From assembly GCA_016839745.1 (NCBI GenBank), contig JAEOTS010000111.1, forward strand, positions 1 to 16,297: a stretch of 16,297 nt of DNA, written 5' to 3'. A program made the translations under genes and the position numbers. This stretch comes from Promethearchaeota archaeon. GTDB lineage: Archaea > Asgardarchaeota > Lokiarchaeia > Sigyniarchaeales > SOKP01. The notes under the pieces are model-generated. The model searched no databases. It was not told the origin of the DNA and saw only the letters and a program-made list of their open reading frames with translations. Position 1 is the first letter of the stretch. Each line of letters begins with the position of its first letter. This document shows, piece after piece, positions 1-8,083 of this stretch.

Positions 1-167
1 AAAAATGAAGTAATTTGAGCTCTCGTTTGAAATGTGATAGATATCCTTTCTTATAATAAAAATTCTACTTGAAACTTGTTTTTCAATTGTCTTAAAAAGA
101 ACCCTTAACATTAATTAAGAAAAAAATCTTAAAAAACCTAAATAACCTTAAATTTTGAGTGAAAATT

Positions 168-1424
168 ATGAAAAAAGTAGCAATAATAGGGGTAGGAATT
201 ACTCCATTTAGAGCAAGATATTTGGATAAAACCTATTTCGAGCTCGCTTACGATGCAACTAAACTCGCACTGGAAGATGCAAATAGAAATAATGCTGAAA
301 TTACGCATAACAATATAGAATCTACAGTATACGGTATATATAATGAGTTATTCGAGCGACAATTTATGCCGGATATTTTTACAAATAGTTATTTAGGATT
401 AAATAATAAACCCGGAACAAGAGTGGCAACAGGCGGGGCAACAGGAGGATATACCGTCCGAATGGCATACGCTGAAGTAGCGTCAGGATTAAGCGATCTA
501 TGTCTATGCATTGGTTTAGAGAAATGTAATGATTGTTACGACGAACAGACTGGCGTAACAACCCCCGAAGTCTTAAATGCAATCGCTTATTCCGCTGACA
601 TGACTTACGAATATCCAATGGGCATGATGGCTGCAAGTTCGTACGTTTCAATGGTCAACGCTCATTACGAAGAATTTGGAAATCCAACTGAAGAACAAAT
701 GGCATATGTAAGCGTTAAAAATCACGGTAATGCGATTCTAAACCCTAAAGCACAATCACCTATGCAAGTTACAGTAGAGGATGTAATGAACTCCAGGATA
801 ATTTGTTATCCTTTTAAATTACTTGATTGTTGTCTGTATTCTGAAGCCTCCGCTGCACTTATATTGGCGTCGGAAGAGAAAGTGAAAGAATTAGGTGTTG
901 AAAAACCGATCTGGATTACAGGAGTTGATGCTGCTAATACCGATTGCTTCATTGGGAACCGCGAAGCTATGGGGCGATTGTATTCAAATATTTATGCGGC
1001 AAGAGCAGCGTATAAAATGGCGGGCTTAAATTATAATAATATTAAGAGCCAAATTGACCTTGCCGAGCTTCACGACGCTTTTTCAGGACAAGAGGTGATT
1101 TCGTACGAAGAACTCGGTTTTGTACCTTTCGGGGAAGGAGGTCCATGGATTGAAAAAACCTTCGAAAAACCGGGAGAAGGACCTTGGTTAGAGGGAGAAC
1201 TCCCATGTTGTCCATCAGGTGGATTGATAGGATGCGGACACGCTGTCGGTGCGACGGGAATCATGAGCACGGGGGAGGTTGCCCTTCAATTAAGAGAGGA
1301 AGCGGGTAAACATCAAGTATCTATTACAAAAGGAAGAGCAATTTCTCATTCCATTGGAGGCCCTGGTGCAGCGTATGCTGCGGTAATTGTAATGACAAAC
1401 GAGGAGGGGTTGAAAAAACCATGA
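168..1424 (+). CDS. SCP-x-type thiolase-fold protein lacking the nucleophilic Cys (putative aldolase or atypical acyl-CoA enzyme)
   Basis: Thiolase-family motifs: KVAIIGVG, GLEK, VSVKNHGNAILNPKAQ, ELHDAF, PSGGLIGCGHAVGATG. The usual CASG loop reads VATGGATGG. ATG at 168 is preferred over GTG at 159 because GAGTGA (157-162) sits at RBS spacing and MKKVAIIG is a typical N-terminus. Confidence 0.9.
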   Translation: MKKVAIIGVGITPFRARYLDKTYFELAYDATKLALEDANRNNAEITHNNIESTVYGIYNELFERQFMPDIFTNSYLGLNNKPGTRVATGGATGGYTVRMAYAEVASGLSDLCLCIGLEKCNDCYDEQTGVTTPEVLNAIAYSADMTYEYPMGMMAASSYVSMVNAHYEEFGNPTEEQMAYVSVKNHGNAILNPKAQSPMQVTVEDVMNSRIICYPFKLLDCCLYSEASAALILASEEKVKELGVEKPIWITGVDAANTDCFIGNREAMGRLYSNIYAARAAYKMAGLNYNNIKSQIDLAELHDAFSGQEVISYEELGFVPFGEGGPWIEKTFEKPGEGPWLEGELPCCPSGGLIGCGHAVGATGIMSTGEVALQLREEAGKHQVSITKGRAISHSIGGPGAAYAAVIVMTNEEGLKKP

Positions 1425-1915
1425 GCGAAGAATTTCAAGACCATCAAATTCGGGATGTAATAAAGATTAATTATAAATATACAATGGGTGGACAATCTAA
1501 GTTCTTTATAGAAGTAATGAAAAACAAGAGGCTTTTAGGCACTAAGTGTAAGAAGTGCGGAAAAACTTGGATGCCTCCGAGAATTAATTGTTCAGATTGT
1601 TACGAGCCTGCAGATTGGATTGAACTTAAACAAACGGGAACTATTGAAGTGAGCACAATTGTTTGGTATACAACTTCAGCCTTTATTAAAGCTATACCAT
1701 ATGGTATAGGGTTTATAAAATTGGACGGAGCAGAAACAGCATTACTTCAAGGAATTTTCTCTGAGAATCTAGTTCCTTCTAAAATAAAAAAAGGAAAAAG
1801 AGTTAGAGCAGTATTCAACAAAAAACGAGAAGGAAAAATGACGGATTTCTTCTTTGTTCCTGAGGATGAATATGATAATTGGATATCAAAACCAGAATAC
1901 GAGGGAGGAGTATAA
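1421..1915 (+). CDS. DUF35-type Zn-ribbon + OB-fold protein (thiolase/aldolase partner)
   Basis: CKKC...PPRINCSDC Zn ribbon, then PYGIGFIKLDGA and KRVRAVF OB-fold motifs. ATGA overlap with the upstream gene and a GAGGAGG RBS upstream. Confidence 0.9.
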   Translation: MSEEFQDHQIRDVIKINYKYTMGGQSKFFIEVMKNKRLLGTKCKKCGKTWMPPRINCSDCYEPADWIELKQTGTIEVSTIVWYTTSAFIKAIPYGIGFIKLDGAETALLQGIFSENLVPSKIKKGKRVRAVFNKKREGKMTDFFFVPEDEYDNWISKPEYEGGV

Positions 1916-1917
1916 AA

Positions 1918-2289
1918 ATGGGACCAGCTAAAGAGAATTTAACGAAAATCGTTGAGAGACTGAACCAAAATCCTAAAGCTCAAGCTGTATTTGTCACTAA
2001 TATAGCTGGAAAAGATGTGAATTGGAACATGTCATTCCAATTTAATCTAGATAAAGATGAACCATTCTTTTTGGAAATTAAAAACCGATCGATCTATTTG
2101 TCGGAGTTAAGCAAATCTGATGCAAATATCGTGATTTCAGGAAAATCAGATGCAATTGTGAGAATTTGCGAAGGAAAAGGTGATTTCACTCATGCGATAT
2201 CTCGTGAAGAGATTTCAGTCGAGCGTGGCAAAGTCATGGATGTAATTCGATTTACTCGAGCAATAACAATCGTATTGAAATCCAATTAA
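1918..2289 (+). CDS. SCP2 sterol/lipid-binding-domain-like protein (123 aa)
   Basis: Size and pattern (FQFNL..FFLEIKN...DANIVISG...RICEGKGDFTHAI...ISVERGKVMDV) fit the SCP2 fold. ATG at 1918 follows GGAGGAG, whereas the track start at 1879 overlaps the previous gene. Confidence 0.65.
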   Translation: MGPAKENLTKIVERLNQNPKAQAVFVTNIAGKDVNWNMSFQFNLDKDEPFFLEIKNRSIYLSELSKSDANIVISGKSDAIVRICEGKGDFTHAISREEISVERGKVMDVIRFTRAITIVLKSN

Positions 2290-2307
2290 TATCTATATTA
2301 GTACTTC

Positions 2308-2315
2308 TTTTTTTT
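2308..2315 (+). terminator. Archaeal-type oligo-T terminator of the thiolase-DUF35-SCP2 unit
   Basis: T8 run starting 19 nt after the end of the stop codon (2289). Confidence 0.5.
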
Positions 2316-2357
2316 ACTGTCTATCATTTAAAACGTCTGAATTATTCATCTATCAAT

Positions 2358-2372
2358 CGAAATGTTTATAAA
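2358..2372 (+). promoter_or_regulatory. Putative archaeal promoter (BRE + TATA box) of the ABC binding-protein gene
   Basis: CGAAA-TG-TTTATAAA matches the BRE/TATA consensus. It lies about 85 nt upstream of ATG 2457. Confidence 0.55.
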
Positions 2373-2456
2373 TCTACTGATAACATATTTCTCTATTAAA
2401 CTCTAAATAAAATAAGATAAGATTAATATTAAAGAAAAAAAATAAGTGATTATTAC

Positions 2457-3248
2457 ATGAAAAGAGAATTTGCGGTTTTAGGAATTGTAATCGCTTTGGG
2501 AATAGGTATATTCGGTGGATGGTTTATCCCCTCCCCATTAACCGTACCAGAAGGTCCATCATTGATTTCTACAATCAAAACAAGAGGTACTTTCAATGTT
2601 GGTACGAGTGCAGATTATCCTCCATTTGAAAACTTCACATATCCTTTTACTGGTGCTATCGAAGGCTTTGATGTGGATGTAGCACAGTTAATTGCTGATG
2701 ATCTTGGCGTAACCCTTAATATGATGCATTTAGATTTTGGAAATCTGATTTCCGCTTGTAGCGCTGGCACAATTGACATGGTTGCCGCTGCTATGACATA
2801 TAATGAAGAGCGTGCAGCAAGTCTTGCAGCATCAGTTACTTATATTTCGGTCAGCCAGGTAGTAATTGTCAAAGAAACATCAATACTTACAAACATTAGT
2901 TCCTTAGATGAACTTGGACTATTAACGGTTGGCTGTCAAACTGGTACTGTAATGCAGGACGAGTTGATAGCTGTCGGTAATATTACTGTTAACGCATATC
3001 CTAGCGCAGTTGTGCTCATGACAAACTTAATAAATGATAACGTAGCTGCAGCTTATGTGGATGAACCTGTCTTTGCATCCTATAATAGAACAGAAGACCT
3101 TAGAATAATCTTTAGCACAGGTTCTGAACCTTTAGCGTTCTGGACAAGATACGGAGAACCTGAATTATTATATGTTATGAATAATGCGATCCTCGAAGCT
3201 TATTTAGATGACACAATGTTTACTTTATTCGATAAATGGTTCGGCTGA
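2457..3248 (+). CDS. Polar amino-acid ABC transporter substrate-binding protein (SBP_bac_3 family)
   Basis: VGTSADYPPFE, GFDVDVA, AAMTYNEER, VGCQTGT and C-terminal DKWFG. The N-terminal hydrophobic anchor has no lipobox Cys. Confidence 0.92.
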   Translation: MKREFAVLGIVIALGIGIFGGWFIPSPLTVPEGPSLISTIKTRGTFNVGTSADYPPFENFTYPFTGAIEGFDVDVAQLIADDLGVTLNMMHLDFGNLISACSAGTIDMVAAAMTYNEERAASLAASVTYISVSQVVIVKETSILTNISSLDELGLLTVGCQTGTVMQDELIAVGNITVNAYPSAVVLMTNLINDNVAAAYVDEPVFASYNRTEDLRIIFSTGSEPLAFWTRYGEPELLYVMNNAILEAYLDDTMFTLFDKWFG

Positions 3249-3330
3249 GTGCTTAATCAGGTGTTCAGGATAGTTTTTCAAAGATTTATAATTCCAATCT
3301 GAAGGTTTTAGTTTACTCCTAAAATAAATA

Positions 3331-3339
3331 TTTTTTTTT
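3331..3339 (+). terminator. Oligo-T terminator-like tract between the SBP and permease genes
   Basis: T9 run in the 135-nt intergenic gap. Confidence 0.35.
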
Positions 3340-3383
3340 ATCTAAAATTATAAGATTATATTAAATATATTTTCTTTATTCAA

Positions 3384-4484
3384 GTGATTATATTGTTATA
3401 TCAGACAGAGTTAGATTATATCGGAATGGGGATTGCTAATTCAATCCTAATTTTCCTTATTAGTATCTATATTATTAGATGGTACTCAAAAAAGAAAAAT
3501 ATTCCATCCATTAAACGTTGGGATATTTCTTTTAATAAAAATATTAAAATAAGTTTAATATGGCTTGTTATAAATTTAATAATAGCAATTTCATTTAGCC
3601 TTTTTATTAAAAATATATCTATATACTTTCTAACACAAGTTTCCGTTTATATTTTAATTGATATTTTTATCGGTACTATTATTGTAAGAAATCTATACCA
3701 AAAAAAATTAGCAGAATCATTCAAATTTGTTTTTCCAATTCAGCTTATCCTACTTGGAATAAGTATAATACTGGGATTTATATTAGCAATCCTCTTTGGG
3801 TATATTTTTCCAAAGTTTTCGGATGCCCTATTTTTTATACTTGAATTTGGGTTACTTTCTACATTATTAATTACTGCTTTAAGCTTAATTATTGGATTGG
3901 TGTTAGGGCTATTATTGGCAATTATGCGTGTTTATGGAGGCAAAGAACTTTATTGGTTATCTAGCAGTTATGAAAAGTTATTCCGAGGCATCCCACTACT
4001 TGTTCTAATTTTTATATTCGCTTTTGGACTCCCGGGAATTTTCTGGTATATAGAACCATTAGATAGATTGCTTGCTAGTGTAATTCTCGCCCTTGGAATT
4101 CGAAGCGGGGCATATCAATCTCAAATTTTTCGAGGTGCTATTTTATCTATAAATCCGGGACAAATGGAGGCCGCGAGATCCTTAGGAATGAATAAGATTA
4201 AATCTTTCCGATATATAGTATTACCTCAAGCTTTGCGAATTGCGATACCTGGATGGTCTAATGAATATTCTGTAGTTATAAAGGATACATCCTTTGCTGG
4301 CGCAATTGGAACTTTTGAAATGACACTTATAGCTACTATTTGGGGATTTAGATCTGTTGAACTTTTTACTTTATCAATGGGCGTGGTTGCGGTTTTATAT
4401 TTTCTATTTACATTTCCAGTTACAAATTTGTTTGGTAAACGACAATCGGAAAAACTAAAAAAGTTAGGAATGGGAGGAGGCTAA
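3384..4484 (+). CDS. Amino-acid ABC transporter permease (HisM/GlnP type) with an extra N-terminal membrane domain
   Basis: FRGIPLLV, SGAYQSQIFRGAI, EAA loop GQMEAARSLGM, IVLPQALR, IKDTS. About 147 extra N-terminal residues. The start is uncertain (GTG 3384, TTG 3393 or ATG 3426). Confidence 0.9.
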   Translation: MIILLYQTELDYIGMGIANSILIFLISIYIIRWYSKKKNIPSIKRWDISFNKNIKISLIWLVINLIIAISFSLFIKNISIYFLTQVSVYILIDIFIGTIIVRNLYQKKLAESFKFVFPIQLILLGISIILGFILAILFGYIFPKFSDALFFILEFGLLSTLLITALSLIIGLVLGLLLAIMRVYGGKELYWLSSSYEKLFRGIPLLVLIFIFAFGLPGIFWYIEPLDRLLASVILALGIRSGAYQSQIFRGAILSINPGQMEAARSLGMNKIKSFRYIVLPQALRIAIPGWSNEYSVVIKDTSFAGAIGTFEMTLIATIWGFRSVELFTLSMGVVAVLYFLFTFPVTNLFGKRQSEKLKKLGMGGG

Positions 4485-4486
4485 AT

Positions 4487-5278
4487 ATGGTTGAACCATT
4501 ATTGCGGATATCAGATGTATGGAAATCATACGATGATTTACAAGTTCTTAAAGGAGTTTCATTTGAATTATTGGAACGCGATGTTAAGGTTATTTTTGGA
4601 CCAAGTGGTTCTGGTAAAAGCACATTGCTTCGTTGTATCAATATGTTAAATCCACCGGATAAGGGAGAAATATATCTTCGAGGGAATAATATAACAGCCC
4701 CCAAAGTTGATCTTAATGCAATAAGAACAAGGATCGGTATGGTATTCCAACACTTTAATCTATTTGCTCATCTCAAAGCTATTGATAATGTAAGTATAGG
4801 TCTTCGCCGTGTTAAGGGTTTAAAAAAAGAAGAAGCCTATAAAAAAGCTCTTGAGGCACTAGATCATGTAAGATTAGCTAAATGGGCAGATCATTACCCT
4901 GCACAATTATCAGGTGGTCAACAACAACGAGTAGGCATTGCCCGTGCCTTAGCTATGGAACCTGATGTAATTTTATTCGATGAACCTACTTCAGCTTTAG
5001 ATCCTGAATTAATTGGCGAAGTTCTTCAAGTAATGTTGGATCTTGCTAAAGCTGGAACTACAATGCTAGTAGTTACACATGAAATGGGATTTGCTAGAGC
5101 CGTTGCCTCAGAGTTAATATTCATTGATAAAGGATCAATTATAGAACGAGGTACGCCTGAACATTTCTCGGATTCACCAGAATCTGAACGAGTAAAGCAG
5201 TTTCTTGAAAAGCTCGATGTTCTATATGGAAGTCATGAAAAACTTTTGGATATTTCAGAAGAGGAGGAGAAAGGATGA
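4487..5278 (+). CDS. glnQ: Polar amino-acid ABC transporter ATP-binding protein (GlnQ-like)
   Basis: Walker A GPSGSGKS, Q-loop GMVFQHFNLF, signature LSGGQQQRV, Walker B ILFDEPTSALDPEL, H-loop VTHEMGFA. Confidence 0.95.
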   Translation: MVEPLLRISDVWKSYDDLQVLKGVSFELLERDVKVIFGPSGSGKSTLLRCINMLNPPDKGEIYLRGNNITAPKVDLNAIRTRIGMVFQHFNLFAHLKAIDNVSIGLRRVKGLKKEEAYKKALEALDHVRLAKWADHYPAQLSGGQQQRVGIARALAMEPDVILFDEPTSALDPELIGEVLQVMLDLAKAGTTMLVVTHEMGFARAVASELIFIDKGSIIERGTPEHFSDSPESERVKQFLEKLDVLYGSHEKLLDISEEEEKG

Positions 5279-6048
5279 TTTTTCAAGCGAATCCCATAGA
5301 ACAATTACTCGCTGTATTGGTCTATTGGGATCGTCTCTTCTCGGGTTTTTTATTAACAATGTGGATGTACATTTGGGCTCTTCTAATAGGTTTTTTCCTT
5401 GGGCTCTTATTAGCCCTTTCGCGTCAATATGGTCATTTCCACAGAAAATCTCCAATCTGGTGGTTTCCACTTGATAAAATTTCTACTGTTTATATTGAAA
5501 TTTTTCGTGGTACACCTTTAATCGCTCAACTTTTCTTCTTTTTCTTTCTACCTAATGCTTTGAATTTCTCTCCTGATATAATGGTTATTGAGACTAGTTT
5601 TAATTTTTTTAATACAGAAATCACCCTTAAACTTCTGGATTATCCAATATTTGTTGGTATACTTGCATTGAGTCTTAATAGTGGAGCTTATCAGGCTGAA
5701 TACTTTCGTGGATCCATCATTTCGGTCGGAACTGGACAATTGGAGGCAGCTCAATCAATAGGAATGTCTCGGTTATCAAGTATTAGACACATTGTCTTAC
5801 CACAAGCTTTACGTCGCGTGATTCCATCTTGGTCTAATGAAGCTGCTTACCTTCCAAAATACACGGTTCTAGTTTACTTCATAGGAGGTGTTGAAGAGCT
5901 TTTTTCCCAAGCAGATTTCATTCAGCATAAAACATTTTTTCCACTTACAACATACGTTATTGTCGCAATAATGTTCCTAATTACCATCACACTCATATCA
6001 AAACTTCTAGATGTTATTCATAAACGTACGAGAATTCCAGGATTATAA
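5275..6048 (+). CDS. Amino-acid ABC transporter permease (HisM/GlnP type)
   Basis: YIEIFRGTPLIAQLF, LNSGAYQAEYFRG, GQLEAAQSIGM, IVLPQALR. ATGA overlap with the ATPase gene. Confidence 0.93.
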   Translation: MIFQANPIEQLLAVLVYWDRLFSGFLLTMWMYIWALLIGFFLGLLLALSRQYGHFHRKSPIWWFPLDKISTVYIEIFRGTPLIAQLFFFFFLPNALNFSPDIMVIETSFNFFNTEITLKLLDYPIFVGILALSLNSGAYQAEYFRGSIISVGTGQLEAAQSIGMSRLSSIRHIVLPQALRRVIPSWSNEAAYLPKYTVLVYFIGGVEELFSQADFIQHKTFFPLTTYVIVAIMFLITITLISKLLDVIHKRTRIPGL

Positions 6049-6101
6049 AAAATCATATTTAAAATTTTTATTTGATTTATTCCTTTCTTTTATGATAATA
6101 C

Positions 6102-7151
6102 ATGAAAATTGTTGATCTCCGTTCAGATACAGTAACCAAACCTTCTCCTGAAATGTGGGAATTTATGAAGTCAATGGGTAATTCTCGACTTGGAGATGAT
6201 GTAATGGGAGAAGATCCAACTGTGAATGAATTAGAGGAAAAAGCTGCCAAACTTATCGGAAAAGAAGCTGCACTTTTCGTAAGCTCGGGGACTCAAGGTA
6301 ACTTAGTGTTGCTACTCTCGCAAACAAGACCGGGAGATGAAATATTATTAGAAGAATTAAGTCATATATATGGTCATGAAGTAGGAAGCGCAGCAAGGAT
6401 CGGAGGATTAATGATTAGAACATATCCTTCTAATAAAGGTGTTCCTTCTTTTGATTACTTGCAATCTTTAATTAGAGATAAGGAGGATATACATGAACCT
6501 CCATCATCACTATTGTGCACTGAGAATACTCATAATTACCATGGTGGTACTATAATAAGTATTGATGTATTAAAGAGAATGAAAGATTTTGCATCCAATA
6601 ACAACTTGAAGTTTCACTTAGATGGTGCAAGAATATTTAACGCAGCAATCGGATTGAATGTACCTGTATCTGAGATTACTAAACATGCCGATAGCGTAAT
6701 GTTTTGTCTGTCTAAAGGGCTCTCGTGCCCTGTAGGATCTATTGTAGCTGGTTCCAAAGAAATTATCATTAAAGCAAGGAAGTTTCGGAAAATGCTTGGA
6801 GGAGGTATGCGTCAAGCTGGTATTTTAGCCGCTTTTGGACTTATTGCTCTAGAACCGAAATGGATCAAAAGACTTGACGAGGATCATAGAAATGCGAAAT
6901 TATTAGCTCAAGGATTAAAAAGCTTTAACTTACCCATAAGAGTGCATCCGACAGACACGAATATTGTGATCATTGAGTTGTTAGAAAAGGTTAGAGCTCT
7001 CAAAATTATTACGGCTCTTAATAAAGCAGGTATTTTAGCATTCAATATTAGTAAACAAAAAATAAGGTTTGTCACTCATTATGGTATCACCGAAGACGAT
7101 ATTAACTATAGTATAGAGCAAATTGGGCTTATTTTAAGAGAAAAACTATAA
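6102..7151 (+). CDS. ltaE: Low-specificity L-threonine aldolase (PLP-dependent)
   Basis: DLRSDTVT, GDDV.GEDPTV, SGTQGN, ENTHN, HLDGARIFNA, PLP-lysine motif CLSKGL, GGGMRQAG, IRFVTH. Confidence 0.93.
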   Translation: MKIVDLRSDTVTKPSPEMWEFMKSMGNSRLGDDVMGEDPTVNELEEKAAKLIGKEAALFVSSGTQGNLVLLLSQTRPGDEILLEELSHIYGHEVGSAARIGGLMIRTYPSNKGVPSFDYLQSLIRDKEDIHEPPSSLLCTENTHNYHGGTIISIDVLKRMKDFASNNNLKFHLDGARIFNAAIGLNVPVSEITKHADSVMFCLSKGLSCPVGSIVAGSKEIIIKARKFRKMLGGGMRQAGILAAFGLIALEPKWIKRLDEDHRNAKLLAQGLKSFNLPIRVHPTDTNIVIIELLEKVRALKIITALNKAGILAFNISKQKIRFVTHYGITEDDINYSIEQIGLILREKL

Positions 7152-7200
7152 TTTCCTAGAAATTAATTAATAATATATTGAAGGAGTAGAAATTTGAAAA

Positions 7201-8022
7201 ATGAAAGTAGACGATTTTGAAGACATTTTATATGAGAAGGAAGAAAATGGCATTTGTACGATTACAATAAATAGACCCGAAAGAAGAAATGCTGTTACCT
7301 ATGTATCTTTTCTAGAAATTTTTACAGTTTTAGAGGATATGGAAAAAGATAAGGACGCAAAAGTCCTGATAATCACTGGAAATCCTGAGGGAAATGCGTT
7401 CTCTTCCGGAGGATATTTTGAACCAAATTATTTTGAAAAGATACAAAAAGAGATTAGAATGGAAATAGATCTAATGGACATCGCTCAGAAAAAGTTATGT
7501 ATGGCACTCTGGAAATTTAATAAACCAGTTATTGCTGCAATAAACGGATTAGCAATTGGTGGTGCCATTACAATGCCATTAACTGGAGCGGATCTCATAT
7601 ATATAGCTGAAGATGCCTGGTTAGGATTTTATTTTTCTAAAAGAGCCATCATCCCAGAATTTAGCGCATCTTTTATGTTGCCTTTTTTAGTTGGGTTCCA
7701 GAAAGCAAAAGAAATATGTTTTTTTGGCGATAAAATAACAGCCCAAAAAGCGTTTGAACTTGGTCTTGTGAATAAAGTCTTACCTCGGGAAGATCTGATA
7801 CCATATGCTAGAGAACAAGCATTGAGATTAATTCCTCCTCAAGGACCGTCTCTTTCAATAAAACTAATGAAAAAAACCATGCACGCTTACTTCATTGATA
7901 TCTTAGATAAAACTTTAGATTTAGAAAATAAAGGCTTAAGAAAATCTTTTAGAACAAAAGATTTCAACGAATCCATGAGAGCCCTGAAAGAGAAAAGAAA
8001 ACCTAATTTTATTGGGCGCTAA
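7201..8022 (+). CDS. Crotonase-family protein, probably a delta3,delta2-enoyl-CoA isomerase type
   Basis: ITINRPERRNA, AFSSGG, KPVIAAINGLAIGG, AQKAFELGLVN, EKRKPNFIGR. Both hydratase Glu positions are substituted, and a single Glu is present in IIPE. Confidence 0.85.
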   Translation: MKVDDFEDILYEKEENGICTITINRPERRNAVTYVSFLEIFTVLEDMEKDKDAKVLIITGNPEGNAFSSGGYFEPNYFEKIQKEIRMEIDLMDIAQKKLCMALWKFNKPVIAAINGLAIGGAITMPLTGADLIYIAEDAWLGFYFSKRAIIPEFSASFMLPFLVGFQKAKEICFFGDKITAQKAFELGLVNKVLPREDLIPYAREQALRLIPPQGPSLSIKLMKKTMHAYFIDILDKTLDLENKGLRKSFRTKDFNESMRALKEKRKPNFIGR

Positions 8023-8043
8023 TTAAAACACTATTTTTTCTCC

Positions 8044-8062
8044 AAAAACATACCTTTAAAAA
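8044..8062 (+). promoter_or_regulatory. Putative BRE/TATA promoter for a leaderless transcript of the flavoprotein-reductase pair
   Basis: AAAAACATACC-TTTAAAAA, with the TATA-like box at -29..-22 relative to ATG 8084. No RBS-like purine tract precedes the ATG. A T6 run (8034-8039) ends the previous unit. Confidence 0.4.
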
Positions 8063-8083
8063 TTATTTGATAAATACTTTTTT

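Noticed and set aside
168-1915. Archaeal mevalonate-pathway thiolase/DUF35/HMG-CoA synthase complex, or BbsAB thiolase
   Set aside because: Both need the catalytic Cys, which is absent. There is no HMG-CoA synthase or other bbs gene in the window.
1879-1917. Track-proposed N-terminal extension of the SCP2-like ORF
   Set aside because: It overlaps the DUF35 gene. ATG 1918 has a strong RBS.
3249-3383. SBP-permease readthrough fusion (same frame), or a small RNA in the gap
   Set aside because: Several in-frame stops lie in the gap, and I see no convincing stable structure.
7201-8022. MenB (naphthoate synthase)
   Set aside because: There is a superficial FSSGG similarity, but it lacks the GGDQ and GSFD motifs and no men genes are nearby.
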